A DNA stretch of 64,000 bases, taken from Polynucleobacter sp. Its GTDB lineage: Bacteria; Pseudomonadota; Gammaproteobacteria; Burkholderiales; Burkholderiaceae. The stretch lies in contig JAEMSI010000002.1 in the NCBI GenBank assembly GCA_016462905.1, forward strand, positions 41,848 to 105,847. The letters run 5' to 3'. The notes beneath the pieces were generated by a model. It was given only the letters and a program-made list of their open reading frames with translations, searched no databases and had not been told where the DNA came from. Below, in pieces: positions 53,950 to 63,388 of the stretch; the first letter of the stretch is position 1; each line of letters begins with the position of its first letter. Both the position numbers and the translations under genes were made by a program.

Positions 53950-53970
53950 TCGATGATTTTCGCTAAAACC

Positions 53971-54690
53971 TTATAAGTTTGTATTGCTATAGACTTGCTG
54001 AACGTCATCTAAGTTTTCTAGAGCATCTACTAATTTTTGCATTGCCTCAGCCTGTTCTTCGTCGAGCACAATTTCGTTTTCAGCACGCATGGTTATTTCG
54101 GCTAATTCGGGTTTCATGCCAGATGAAATTAGAGCATCTTTAATACGTGCAAATTCAATCGCTGAGGTGATGACTTCAATCGCCCCATCTGCTTGCGTAA
54201 TAACATCTTCAGCACCTGAATCCAAAGCTAGCTCCATTAATTTTTCCTCATTCGTCCCTGGGGCGAATAAAAGTTGTCCGCAATGTTTAAATAAAAAAGC
54301 CACTGAGCCTTCTGCCCCCATATTGCCATGGTGTTTAGAAAAGGCATGTCTTACTTCAGCCACTGTTCGGGTGCGATTATCGGTCATGCAATCGACAATC
54401 ACAGCGGCACCGTTGATGCCATAGCCCTCATAACGAATTTCTTCGTAATTCACCCCCTCCAAGGAACCAGTTCCCCGCTGAATTGCGCGTTGTACATTAT
54501 CGTTGGGCATATTCGATTCTTTCGCTTTATCAATGGCCAGACGCAAGCGGGGGTTTGCTGTAAGGTCACCTCCACCCAGGCGGGCAGCGACTGTAATCTC
54601 TTTAATTAACTTAGTCCAAATTTTCCCGCGTTTTTCGTCTTGACGACCTTTACGGTGCTGAATATTGGCCCATTTTGAATGACCGGCCAT
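53971..54690 (-). CDS. yebC: YebC/PmpR family protein
   Basis: [19 protein letters not shown] and TDNRTRT. Confidence 0.96.
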   Translation of the reverse strand: MAGHSKWANIQHRKGRQDEKRGKIWTKLIKEITVAARLGGGDLTANPRLRLAIDKAKESNMPNDNVQRAIQRGTGSLEGVNYEEIRYEGYGINGAAVIVDCMTDNRTRTVAEVRHAFSKHHGNMGAEGSVAFLFKHCGQLLFAPGTNEEKLMELALDSGAEDVITQADGAIEVITSAIEFARIKDALISSGMKPELAEITMRAENEIVLDEEQAEAMQKLVDALENLDDVQQVYSNTNL

Positions 54691-54840
54691 AGAAAACCTT
54701 CCCTTACATTAAATGATTTTGGGCAGTGCCTAAAATCAGCCATTTCACCCGAATACCTAATTTTAGGCAAAATAGCGACTCACTAGGAAAAAAATACAAA
54801 CTTAAGTTTGATTTAAAGTAAAAAATAATTGGGAGAGAAA

Positions 54841-55827
54841 ATGTCTAAGATCACCACAAAAGCGATTCGAATAAATGAAGTAGGGCCTCCAGAGGTCATG
54901 AAATACCTTGATGTTGAATTAGGAGAGCCTGGTCCTGGCGAGGTTTTGATTCGTCAAAAAGCCTGTGGCCTGAACTATATCGATATTTATTTCCGGTCTG
55001 GTTATTACCCTCAACCTTTACCTGGCGGGATCGGAATGGAGGGATCGGGGATTATTGAAAAACTGGGCTCAGGCGTTGAACATGTCAAAGTAGGCGATCG
55101 GGTTGCTTATGCAGGGCGCCCTACTGGTGCCTATGCCGAAGCACGAATTATGCCCGCTGATATTTTGGTGAAGTTACCCGATGCCATTTCTTTTGAAACT
55201 GGCGCCGGTATGATGATGCAGGGTTTAACAGTTCAATACTTATTGAATGATGTGTATAAGGTTCAAAAAGGCGATACCGTTTTGTTTCATGCGATTTGTG
55301 GAGGGGTTGGGTTAATTGCCTTGCAATGGCTTAAGGTAGTCGGCGCCAATGTCATTGGTACAGTTAGCAGTAAAGAAAAAGCCGATATTGCAAAAAGCTA
55401 CGGATGTGATCATGTTATTTTGTATCGCGATGAGGATTTTGTTGCTCGCGTTAAGGAGATTACTGCCGGCAAAGGCGTTGCAGTTGCCTATGATGCCGTA
55501 GGTAAAGATACGTTTATGAAAACCCTTGATTGCATTTCACCTCGAGGTATGGCGGTTACCTTTGGAAATGCCTCTGGATCGGTTCCGCCCTTGGATTTAA
55601 GTTTGCTGGGTACCAAGGGTTCTTTGAGAGTCTGTAGACCCACCATTGCTTCCTATGTCTTAAATCGAAGCTTGCTAGAGCCAATGGCCGTTGATTTGTT
55701 TAATCGCGTCACGAGCGGGCAAGTGAAGATTGAAATTAAACAGGTTTATGCCTTAGCAGACGCAGTCCAAGCCCATCGCGACCTTGAGGGCCGTAAAACC
55801 ACAGGAACTTCAGTATTGATCCCCTAG
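54841..55827 (+). CDS. qor: NADPH:quinone oxidoreductase (zeta-crystallin/Qor family)
   Basis: GLNYID, GMEGSG, GGVG, YDAVG and RKTTGTSVLIP; GGAG SD. Confidence 0.88.
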   Translation: MSKITTKAIRINEVGPPEVMKYLDVELGEPGPGEVLIRQKACGLNYIDIYFRSGYYPQPLPGGIGMEGSGIIEKLGSGVEHVKVGDRVAYAGRPTGAYAEARIMPADILVKLPDAISFETGAGMMMQGLTVQYLLNDVYKVQKGDTVLFHAICGGVGLIALQWLKVVGANVIGTVSSKEKADIAKSYGCDHVILYRDEDFVARVKEITAGKGVAVAYDAVGKDTFMKTLDCISPRGMAVTFGNASGSVPPLDLSLLGTKGSLRVCRPTIASYVLNRSLLEPMAVDLFNRVTSGQVKIEIKQVYALADAVQAHRDLEGRKTTGTSVLIP

Positions 55828-55884
55828 ATAGAGGGGGGAAGTAAATTCAAAAAGGGTAAAATTCACATTCTTGTATTTTCACCA

Positions 55885-55969
55885 GCCTCGGTGATGGAAT
55901 TGGTAGACGTGCCGGACTCAAAATCCGGTGCCGCAAGGCGTGTCGGTTCGAGTCCGACCCGAGGCACCA
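55885..55969 (+). tRNA. tRNA-Leu (anticodon CAA), 85 nt, CCA encoded
   Basis: Acceptor stem GCCTCGG/CCGAGGC, anticodon arm CCGGA-CTCAAAA-TCCGG, long variable arm GCC-GCAA-GGC, T-arm GTCGG-TTCGAGT-CCGAC, 3' ACCA. Confidence 0.98.
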
Positions 55970-55970
55970 G

Positions 55971-56003
55971 ATAAAAAAGAATCTAAGAAGACTTCTTTTT
56001 TAT
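55971..56003. terminator. AT-rich inverted repeat between tRNA-Leu and the GGDEF-EAL gene (weak bidirectional terminator candidate)
   Basis: ATAAAAAAGAA ... TTCTTTTTTAT, an 11-bp arm pair. Confidence 0.5.
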
Positions 56004-56016
56004 TCAGATAGGCTGG

Positions 56017-58416
56017 CTATTTACTTGGAATAGAATCCGGCAAACTTTTCCAGTTGTTCACAAATTCAATAAATTCATTAATTGGAAGTGGTTTACAGTA
56101 CAAATAGCCCTGATATAAATCGCAGTCATTCTGCCTTAAGAATTTTTCTTGTTCTTTAGTTTCGACGCCTTCAGCGGTAATTTTAATTCCCATGCTCTTG
56201 GCAAGACTGATGATGGTGACAATTAAACTGCGGGATGTTAATTCCTCCGATATTTCATCAATAAAAAACTTATCAATTTTTAATTCATCAATGGGTAATT
56301 TTCTTAAATAGGATAGAGATGAATAGCCCGTTCCAAAATCATCTAAGGATAATTTAATTCCATAGGACTTGATAGCGGCCAATACCGTGGTAACTTCGTC
56401 AAAGTTAGATATAAAAATGGACTCAGTTAGCTCTAAACGGAGTTTAGTAAAGTCAGCAAGATGCTCCTTTAGGTAGCGCACAAGAATGCTAAGAAATTCT
56501 CTTTGTTGAATTTGTTTGGCGCTGATATTAATCGATAAACTCATCTCATTTAGCTTTGGCAATTTCGACCATTCATGTAATTGGATCGCGGCATTCTCAA
56601 TTACTAATTTACCCAAATCGTTGATTAGGCCATTTTTTTCTGCAGCCGGGATAAAAATATCCGGAAGCACTTCGATGCCATCCGAAACCTCCCATCGAAT
56701 TAAGGCCTCAGCACCAACAATATTGAGTGATTGGTCAAACTGAGGTTGATAAAAGAATGTAAATTGCTTTTTATTAATTGCAATTTTTAACTTCTCAATT
56801 AAATTGGTATTGGAATCAAATGCTTTTTGTAAATCGTCATTAAATAATCTAAAACTATTTTTGCCATCCATTTTGGCTTGATACATCGCAATATCAGCTT
56901 CTTTAATGATCTTTTCAGGATCGGATTCATCCATTCCAAATAAGGAAATTCCGATACTGGCACTACTTCGGTATTCGATTCCATCAAGATAGTAAGTTTC
57001 TGAAAGTTTGTTTAATATTTTGATTGCAATTAAATTTACCGTTTCAATTGCTTCCTTTATTTCGGTATCAAGATGAGTTAATAGAAGGACAAACTCATCG
57101 CCTCCAAAGCGCGTAACTAGGTCGTGTCTGCGAACGCACTCCATCAGTTGTTTGGCTACTTTTTGTAGTAGTAAGTCGCCACGATCATGACCAAATTGGT
57201 CATTTAGTGCTTTAAAGTTATCCAGATCAATGAATAAAATCGCACAATGCATTTTTTTAGCTTTGCATTCTAGGATTGAGCGATCCAGTTTTTCAACCAA
57301 CATGGTTCGATTGGGAAATCCAGTAACACTATCTGTGTAGGCCAAGGTCTCCAATTTATTTTTAGCATTCCCTAATTCGGTTTCTGCGGCAATGCGTTCG
57401 GATAATTCTAAAAGGATTAAATTATTTGCCCTAAGGAGGTATGTGATACAAACAAACAAGAAGCCCAGGCCAAATATAAGGAGCCCAAGAATCCATCCAA
57501 AATCAACAAAAATTGGGGGGGCATATACAGCTTCTGGAATGGTGACCGTAGTGATAAAAGGGTAGTTATTGACTACCCGAGAAGCTACCATCCTGGGTTC
57601 TGATGGATTATTCGTAGTAAAGCGGGGCATATCAGTAACTAGAAATCCATGCTTTAGTTTGCGATCGCTGATAATGATTTTGGTAGCGCTACTCATATTT
57701 TTCTGACCAACTAAATCGTCAACGAAGGGCCAACGAGTCATGAGGGTATAGTCATTTCGATAGAGGCTAATGGAGATGCCATCGCCAAGATGCGAACCCA
57801 TTTTTTTGTAAAAATCAGAAAATACTTCTGCCGATATCCCGATTAGAACCACTCCTAAAAATTGGTTTTGGCTATTATTAATTCGCTTGGCTAAGTAAAA
57901 AACCCATTTGCCATTTCCCTTATTTTTAACTGGCTCACTATAAAAAGTATTTTTGTCATTATTGCTAGAGAGCCATTTAAAATAATCGCGATCCGATAAG
58001 TCAATGTCAGGCGGGGGATAAGAGCGAGAAAAATTCAGTACTTTTCCATCAGCGGCTATAAAAGTCGCCACATCTAAAATCGGATTTTCTTTTAATTTTT
58101 GCTGTAAAAACTGAAACGATTTTTCGGTGGCGGTAAAAGTTTGATAACTTTTTTTATTCTCGACTTTTGCAAATTCAATCAATTCAACAATATTATCTAG
58201 AGCAGTATTAGCGGAAAAAAAAGTTTGAGTGGAATGTTCGCTAAGACTAAGGGTGATTCTCTCGAGCTGCTCGCTCCATTCCTTTTCTGCATTTTGTCGA
58301 ACCAAATAAATCGATATTATGGCCGTCAGTATAAAAATCATCGATAGAAAAAGACCGCCCGCAATAATGATGCGATTTCTATTTTTGATATCTTTTAATT
58401 GGGGATGTTTAGACAA
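56017..58416 (-). CDS. Membrane sensor diguanylate cyclase/phosphodiesterase (TM-dCache-TM-GGDEF-EAL)
   Basis: Two TM helices flank a Cache-like periplasmic region (DLSDRDYF, SEPVKNK). It has FIDLDNFK..ND.FGH, RRHD-x5-GGDEF, AEAL, ELTES, DDFGTGYSSL, KID, AEGVET and QGY. TTG start. Confidence 0.93.
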   Translation of the reverse strand: MSKHPQLKDIKNRNRIIIAGGLFLSMIFILTAIISIYLVRQNAEKEWSEQLERITLSLSEHSTQTFFSANTALDNIVELIEFAKVENKKSYQTFTATEKSFQFLQQKLKENPILDVATFIAADGKVLNFSRSYPPPDIDLSDRDYFKWLSSNNDKNTFYSEPVKNKGNGKWVFYLAKRINNSQNQFLGVVLIGISAEVFSDFYKKMGSHLGDGISISLYRNDYTLMTRWPFVDDLVGQKNMSSATKIIISDRKLKHGFLVTDMPRFTTNNPSEPRMVASRVVNNYPFITTVTIPEAVYAPPIFVDFGWILGLLIFGLGFLFVCITYLLRANNLILLELSERIAAETELGNAKNKLETLAYTDSVTGFPNRTMLVEKLDRSILECKAKKMHCAILFIDLDNFKALNDQFGHDRGDLLLQKVAKQLMECVRRHDLVTRFGGDEFVLLLTHLDTEIKEAIETVNLIAIKILNKLSETYYLDGIEYRSSASIGISLFGMDESDPEKIIKEADIAMYQAKMDGKNSFRLFNDDLQKAFDSNTNLIEKLKIAINKKQFTFFYQPQFDQSLNIVGAEALIRWEVSDGIEVLPDIFIPAAEKNGLINDLGKLVIENAAIQLHEWSKLPKLNEMSLSINISAKQIQQREFLSILVRYLKEHLADFTKLRLELTESIFISNFDEVTTVLAAIKSYGIKLSLDDFGTGYSSLSYLRKLPIDELKIDKFFIDEISEELTSRSLIVTIISLAKSMGIKITAEGVETKEQEKFLRQNDCDLYQGYLYCKPLPINEFIEFVNNWKSLPDSIPSK

Positions 58417-58425
58417 GATTGATAT

Positions 58426-59367
58426 TTAAATTTGGTAATCAATTGCATCGCTTGACATGGCTTGCTCAACAATCTTTTTTGTTAAAGTTGGTGAGAAGAG
58501 TTCAATAAAAGTAAAAATGAAAGATCTTAAATAGGCGCCCTGTTTAATTCCAAGATGAGTTATATTGCTGCCAAATAACTGTCCAGCAGGGATTGCCTTT
58601 AATTGTTTATCGCGATCCGCATCATAGGCAACTCCCGCAACAATACCAACCCCCATCCCATTTTCAACATAAGTTTTAATCACATCGGCATCAATTGCTT
58701 CAAGTAGTATATCTGGCACCAAGCCTCTTTGGGCGAAAGCGGCATCGATTTTGGCCCTGCCTGAAAATGCCTTGGCATAGGTGATGAGGGGAAATTTAGC
58801 CAAGGATTCAAGCGTTATATTGGTTTGATTAAGAAGTGGATGCCCGATTGGTAACACTATGGCGTGCTGCCATTGATACCCAGGAAGAGCCAAGATACCT
58901 GGCTTATTCGCGATACCTTCAGTAGCAATGGCAATGTCAGCACGATCATATTGAAGCATTTCGGCGATTTCCATTGGGTTTCCCTGCTGAATACTGACAC
59001 GAACCTTTGGAAATCGTTTGGTGAACTCTCCTAAAACTTTGGGCAGGGCATAGCGAGCCTGAGTATGTGTTGTAGCAATGACAAAGTTACCTTGGTCTTG
59101 ATTGGCAAAATCATCTCCAACCCGTTTTAGGGTTTCCATTTCATTCAAAATGCGTTCTATCGAAGCAAGAATGCGCTTACCAGGCTCGGTAAGGGAGCGA
59201 ATTCGTTTTCCATGGCGGCGGAATATTTCAACACCAAGCTCATCCTCTAATTCAATAATTGCTTTGGATACCCCAGGTTGTGAAGTGAAAAGTGCCTTGG
59301 CAGCCGATGTCAGGTTGAAGTTTTGTCGAACAGCCTCACGAACAAAGCGAAATTGATGAAGGTTCAT
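58426..59367 (-). CDS. cysB: CysB/Cbl-family LysR transcriptional regulator
   Basis: MNLHQFRFV...LFTSQPGVSK HTH, ATTHTQARY and ADVIKTYV. Confidence 0.93.
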   Translation of the reverse strand: MNLHQFRFVREAVRQNFNLTSAAKALFTSQPGVSKAIIELEDELGVEIFRRHGKRIRSLTEPGKRILASIERILNEMETLKRVGDDFANQDQGNFVIATTHTQARYALPKVLGEFTKRFPKVRVSIQQGNPMEIAEMLQYDRADIAIATEGIANKPGILALPGYQWQHAIVLPIGHPLLNQTNITLESLAKFPLITYAKAFSGRAKIDAAFAQRGLVPDILLEAIDADVIKTYVENGMGVGIVAGVAYDADRDKQLKAIPAGQLFGSNITHLGIKQGAYLRSFIFTFIELFSPTLTKKIVEQAMSSDAIDYQI

Positions 59368-59382
59368 ATTGATGAATGCTGG

Positions 59383-60537
59383 TTATACGCGGGAGACCCA
59401 CTTCAGGGCCACCATCGCTAAACAAAAGTAAATCAAAGGAGGGAATATTGCGGTAAATATCGCTGGCCATGACCCCAGCAGGCCTGCGCTTGAAAATAAA
59501 GTATTAAATAGCTGGAAGCTCATTCCGAGCATAATGCCGCCAAAGATTTTGATGCCAACGCTACCGGTGCGAACTTTTAAATACGCAAACGGAAGTGCTA
59601 ATGCCAGCATGATAAAAATAATAAACGGATAAATCACCTTTTTCCAAAAGGCAATCGCATGTCGTTGCGTATCTTGTTTATTGACTTGTAGATGATGAAT
59701 AAATCGCCCTAAACTGAGGATCGACATTTTTTCAGGGCTGATTAAAAGTACCCCAAGAATTTGGGGAGTCACTTCAGAATCGAGACTTAACTTTGGAATA
59801 GTTTTGGTGCTGGCTGAGTAAACTGGATCGAGGGGGTTTGATGTACGTACTTCTTTAAAGCGCGTTTCAGAAACATCATTTAGCTCCCACACTCCATCCT
59901 CATTAAATTTGCCAGTATTAGCAATGCGAATCGATAAAAGCCGATACTGCGGATCAAATTCGTACATTCGAATTTGACGAATAGTATCGTTTTTATCAAT
60001 CGAACCTACATTCACATAACGTACTCCGGGGCGAATTGGTCCAACCCCATCCTCGTCGCGTAATTGATCTTTTACCCATACCCCTGAACGAAATTGGGTT
60101 GTAAAATTCGAACCCAAGGCTTGCATTCGAACTCGTTCCGAGATCGATTCTGCATAGGGGCCCAATACTTCGCTAATTAATAAAGTCAATAAGACCAAGG
60201 GAAGCGAAATTTTTCCCAGCGAGATCAAACTTCGTTTGGCATCTAAGCCAGCAACTCTTAGTATGGTGAATTCAGATTGACTGGCAAGCATGGCAAAAAC
60301 ATAAATACTGCCAATTAAGCCTGCAATGGGAATAATTTCAACAATGCGGTTCGGCGCCTTAAGCAAAACATGCAATAAGGCGATGGGTAAAGTATATTTC
60401 CCGGTAATGGAGCCCAGCTCTGCAAGCACATCGAAAAACAAAAAGAGCGCCGTTAGGGCAAAAAGAATGAAGGCAAAACTGATATAGATCTGTTTTGCCA
60501 AGTAGCGTTCGTAGATGCGAGGAAAGAGCCAGCTCAT
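59383..60537 (-). CDS. lptG: LPS export ABC transporter permease LptG
   Basis: SEFTILRVAG, W.KV.YP pattern, LptF/G topology; ATGA overlap with the lptF stop. Confidence 0.93.
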   Translation of the reverse strand: MSWLFPRIYERYLAKQIYISFAFILFALTALFLFFDVLAELGSITGKYTLPIALLHVLLKAPNRIVEIIPIAGLIGSIYVFAMLASQSEFTILRVAGLDAKRSLISLGKISLPLVLLTLLISEVLGPYAESISERVRMQALGSNFTTQFRSGVWVKDQLRDEDGVGPIRPGVRYVNVGSIDKNDTIRQIRMYEFDPQYRLLSIRIANTGKFNEDGVWELNDVSETRFKEVRTSNPLDPVYSASTKTIPKLSLDSEVTPQILGVLLISPEKMSILSLGRFIHHLQVNKQDTQRHAIAFWKKVIYPFIIFIMLALALPFAYLKVRTGSVGIKIFGGIMLGMSFQLFNTLFSSAGLLGSWPAIFTAIFPPLIYFCLAMVALKWVSRV

Positions 60538-61649
60538 TTTCTTATCAAAAACCGTGGAAGTTGCCTGCGCCACCAAGCGATTGATGGATTAATCCGATTG
60601 CGAATCAAAAATAGGGCAATCACCAATGCGAATACATGAATTGGCCAAATTGCCAATGCGAAATTAAGCCTTCCTTGTGAGACGTAATTTTGACTCAGGT
60701 TCAATAGATTGCTATAGAGCAGATAAAGTAAAACCGCGTAAAACAACGCTGTGTAGTTGCCTAACCGAGGGTTTACATAGGCAAGGGGAATAGCAATGAA
60801 AACTAATCCAAGTGCCATTAAGGGCAGGCCCATTCGCCAGAGTAATTCACCCATGTGCGAATTAATCAAGGCAGGGTTATCTTGATTGATTAACTCCAGG
60901 ACTGTTTTTTCTCGGTCGCGTGGATTAGGTGGTTTAATTTCTTTGTTACGGAGTATGGTCTCGTATTGATCAAATTCTAGAATGCGGAAATTGGCTTGGG
61001 TTGGTTGCCCCTCATAACGACGGCCATGCGATAAAACCACTTTTTTTTCTCCGTTGACTGAATTTTCAATATAGCCATCAGCAGCTACCACAATACTCAG
61101 TTTTTGATTGCGGTTATCTGCGACAAAAATATTTTTTACTAATCCCTTATCTATATCTAGTTCTTCAATAAAAAAAACCCGGTCGGCTTTAGCGGACTCA
61201 CGAAATTGGCCAGCTGTTACCATAGATACATCATCGCGTTGTTGAAAGCGCTGACTAATAATGCTCGATTCACGATTCGCCCAAGGCCAAACAATTAAAG
61301 CCAGTATGCCGATTACCACAATGAGCGGCCAGGCAAATTTAAATATCGGACCTATTAAATTGGTGATGCTAAGACCACTTGCGAACCAGACAATCATCTC
61401 AGAGTCTTTATACCAACGAACCAATACGATTAAAACTGCAATGAACAGAGAGACGGTAAGCAATACCGCCATATAAGCTAATGTGGCTAGTGCAATGAGA
61501 ACTAAAGCATCTTCGGGGTTGACTGATCCATTTGCTGCAAAACCTAAAATACGAATTACCAGCGTGGTAATCATGATGGTAACCAGCACCAAAAAAACTC
61601 CCCCTGTAGTTAGGCTGAGTTCACGTCGCAGGGCTTTTTCAAAAATCAT
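60534..61649 (-). CDS. lptF: LPS export ABC transporter permease LptF
   Basis: MIFEKALRREL, RWYKDSEMIVWFASG and ELLWRMGLP; divergent from pepA. Confidence 0.94.
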   Translation of the reverse strand: MIFEKALRRELSLTTGGVFLVLVTIMITTLVIRILGFAANGSVNPEDALVLIALATLAYMAVLLTVSLFIAVLIVLVRWYKDSEMIVWFASGLSITNLIGPIFKFAWPLIVVIGILALIVWPWANRESSIISQRFQQRDDVSMVTAGQFRESAKADRVFFIEELDIDKGLVKNIFVADNRNQKLSIVVAADGYIENSVNGEKKVVLSHGRRYEGQPTQANFRILEFDQYETILRNKEIKPPNPRDREKTVLELINQDNPALINSHMGELLWRMGLPLMALGLVFIAIPLAYVNPRLGNYTALFYAVLLYLLYSNLLNLSQNYVSQGRLNFALAIWPIHVFALVIALFLIRNRINPSIAWWRRQLPRFLIRK

Positions 61650-61790
61650 TTAGAGTGGGCAAAAAGTCATTATTTTTTTGGTAGGTGGATAATAGAGACA
61701 ATCGTTTTAGTTTGGATCTGCCAATAGGCCTATTTAGGCAGGCCTATATTAGGACCCCAATTCAGAATCTTAAAGGATTAAAAAGAAGCC

Positions 61791-63359
61791 ATGACAATTC
61801 AATTTAGCACGAAAACTCTTGCCGAAACGGATTTTAAAAGCCCCAAAGCATTAGGCGCGGTCGCTGCATTGCAAACCGATTGTTTGGTCATTGCTTATCG
61901 AGGAGCGGTTGGTGGGGGGGTCGGTGAAAATTTGATGAAATTAGACCGATTGACTGGGGGCGCCATTGCACGGGCAACGGAATTAGGCGACTTAGAAAAC
62001 AAGCTTGGGGCCACCTTAATCTTAAGGAGTGAACCGGTATGGCTTGCGAACGGCCTCAGGGCAAGAAGGCTCCTTTTAGTGGCTTTGGGCGAGGATGGTG
62101 ATTTGACTGCATTTGCTAAGGCAGCGCGAGCTTGCGCAAAGGCTTTGAGCGGATCGGGTATTAAAAATGCCACTTTAGTTTTGCAATCCTTTTTCCCTTC
62201 CTCAAAAACAGGATTAACAGCAAGTATGTTGCATGAGAGGGTCCGTTTAATTTCGCAATTGGTCGGTGAACAGGTTTATCGTTTTGGGGCCCGCCAACCA
62301 GAGATGAAAACTAAACCAAAAGAAAAAGCAGATAACTTGGCCGAGCTGACTTTTTTAGTCAATACCAAGCAGGCAACTTTGGTTAAAGTGGCTGTGCGTG
62401 AGGGCGATGCCTTGGTCAACGGTATGAATCTTGCCAAGGATTTAGGTAATTTACCCCCCAATGTGTGTAATCCAAGTTACTTAGCCAATTCTGCAAAACA
62501 ATTAAGCAAAAGTACTAAATTAAAAGTACAGGTACTAGAGGAAAAGCAAATTGAATCTCTTGGAATGGGAGCTTTCTTGGCTGTCACTAAGGGCTCAGAA
62601 ACCCCGCCAAAATTTATTGTGATACGTCATGATGGCGGTAAAGCAAATGATGAACCTATTGTATTGGTTGGCAAGGGCATTACTTTTGATACGGGGGGTA
62701 TTTCCTTAAAGCCAGGTGAAGCGATGGATGAAATGAAATATGACATGTGTGGGGCGGCTTCGGTGATGGGAACGATGTATTCAGTAGCACTTTTAAACCT
62801 AAAGCGCAACGTCATTGGTGTCATACCTACCTGCGAAAACATGCCTTCTGGAAAAGCATCTCGACCAGGCGATATTGTAAAAAGTATGTCGGGTCAGACC
62901 ATAGAAATTCTTAATACCGATGCAGAAGGGCGTTTAATTTTATGCGATGCCCTCACTTATGTAGAGCGATTTAAACCCAAAGCGGTAATCGACATCGCTA
63001 CCTTAACGGGGGCTTGTGTGATTGCCTTAGGAAGTGTCCATAGCGGATTGTTTTCGAATAACGAATCCTTATCCAATGCTTTGATCACTGCCGGGCAAGC
63101 CTCTTTAGATACGGTATGGCGCTTGCCTTTGGATGCCGCTTATCAAGAACAGTTGAAATCGAATTTTGCTGATATGGCCAATATTGGCGGCAGGCCAGCG
63201 GGAAGTGTAACGGCAGCCTGTTTTTTAGCGCGTTTTACTGAAAAGTACAACTGGGCGCATTTGGACATCGCTGGTACGGCATGGAAAGGCGGGGCTGCTA
63301 AAGGTTCTACTGGACGTCCTGTGCCCTTGCTACTCAATTATTTGTTAGCTCTTCATTAG
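61791..63359 (+). CDS. pepA: Leucyl aminopeptidase (M17)
   Basis: VGKGITFDTGG, MKYDMCG, NTDAEGRL, ATLTGA and HLDIAG. Confidence 0.98.
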   Translation: MTIQFSTKTLAETDFKSPKALGAVAALQTDCLVIAYRGAVGGGVGENLMKLDRLTGGAIARATELGDLENKLGATLILRSEPVWLANGLRARRLLLVALGEDGDLTAFAKAARACAKALSGSGIKNATLVLQSFFPSSKTGLTASMLHERVRLISQLVGEQVYRFGARQPEMKTKPKEKADNLAELTFLVNTKQATLVKVAVREGDALVNGMNLAKDLGNLPPNVCNPSYLANSAKQLSKSTKLKVQVLEEKQIESLGMGAFLAVTKGSETPPKFIVIRHDGGKANDEPIVLVGKGITFDTGGISLKPGEAMDEMKYDMCGAASVMGTMYSVALLNLKRNVIGVIPTCENMPSGKASRPGDIVKSMSGQTIEILNTDAEGRLILCDALTYVERFKPKAVIDIATLTGACVIALGSVHSGLFSNNESLSNALITAGQASLDTVWRLPLDAAYQEQLKSNFADMANIGGRPAGSVTAACFLARFTEKYNWAHLDIAGTAWKGGAAKGSTGRPVPLLLNYLLALH

Positions 63360-63388
63360 GCGTTCATGAGAGCATAAATAATTCCTTT

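Noticed and set aside
55885-58430. Integrative element or att site at tRNA-Leu
   Set aside because: There is no integrase and no duplicate of the tRNA 3' end (CCGAGGCACCA) at the cysB junction, so it is not called a mobile element.
43162-61920. G7 runs in alaS (43162-68), the GGDEF gene (57515-21) and pepA (61914-20), and several A8/T8 runs
   Set aside because: They encode Gly, Pro or Lys runs, mostly in housekeeping genes; this is background rather than contingency loci.
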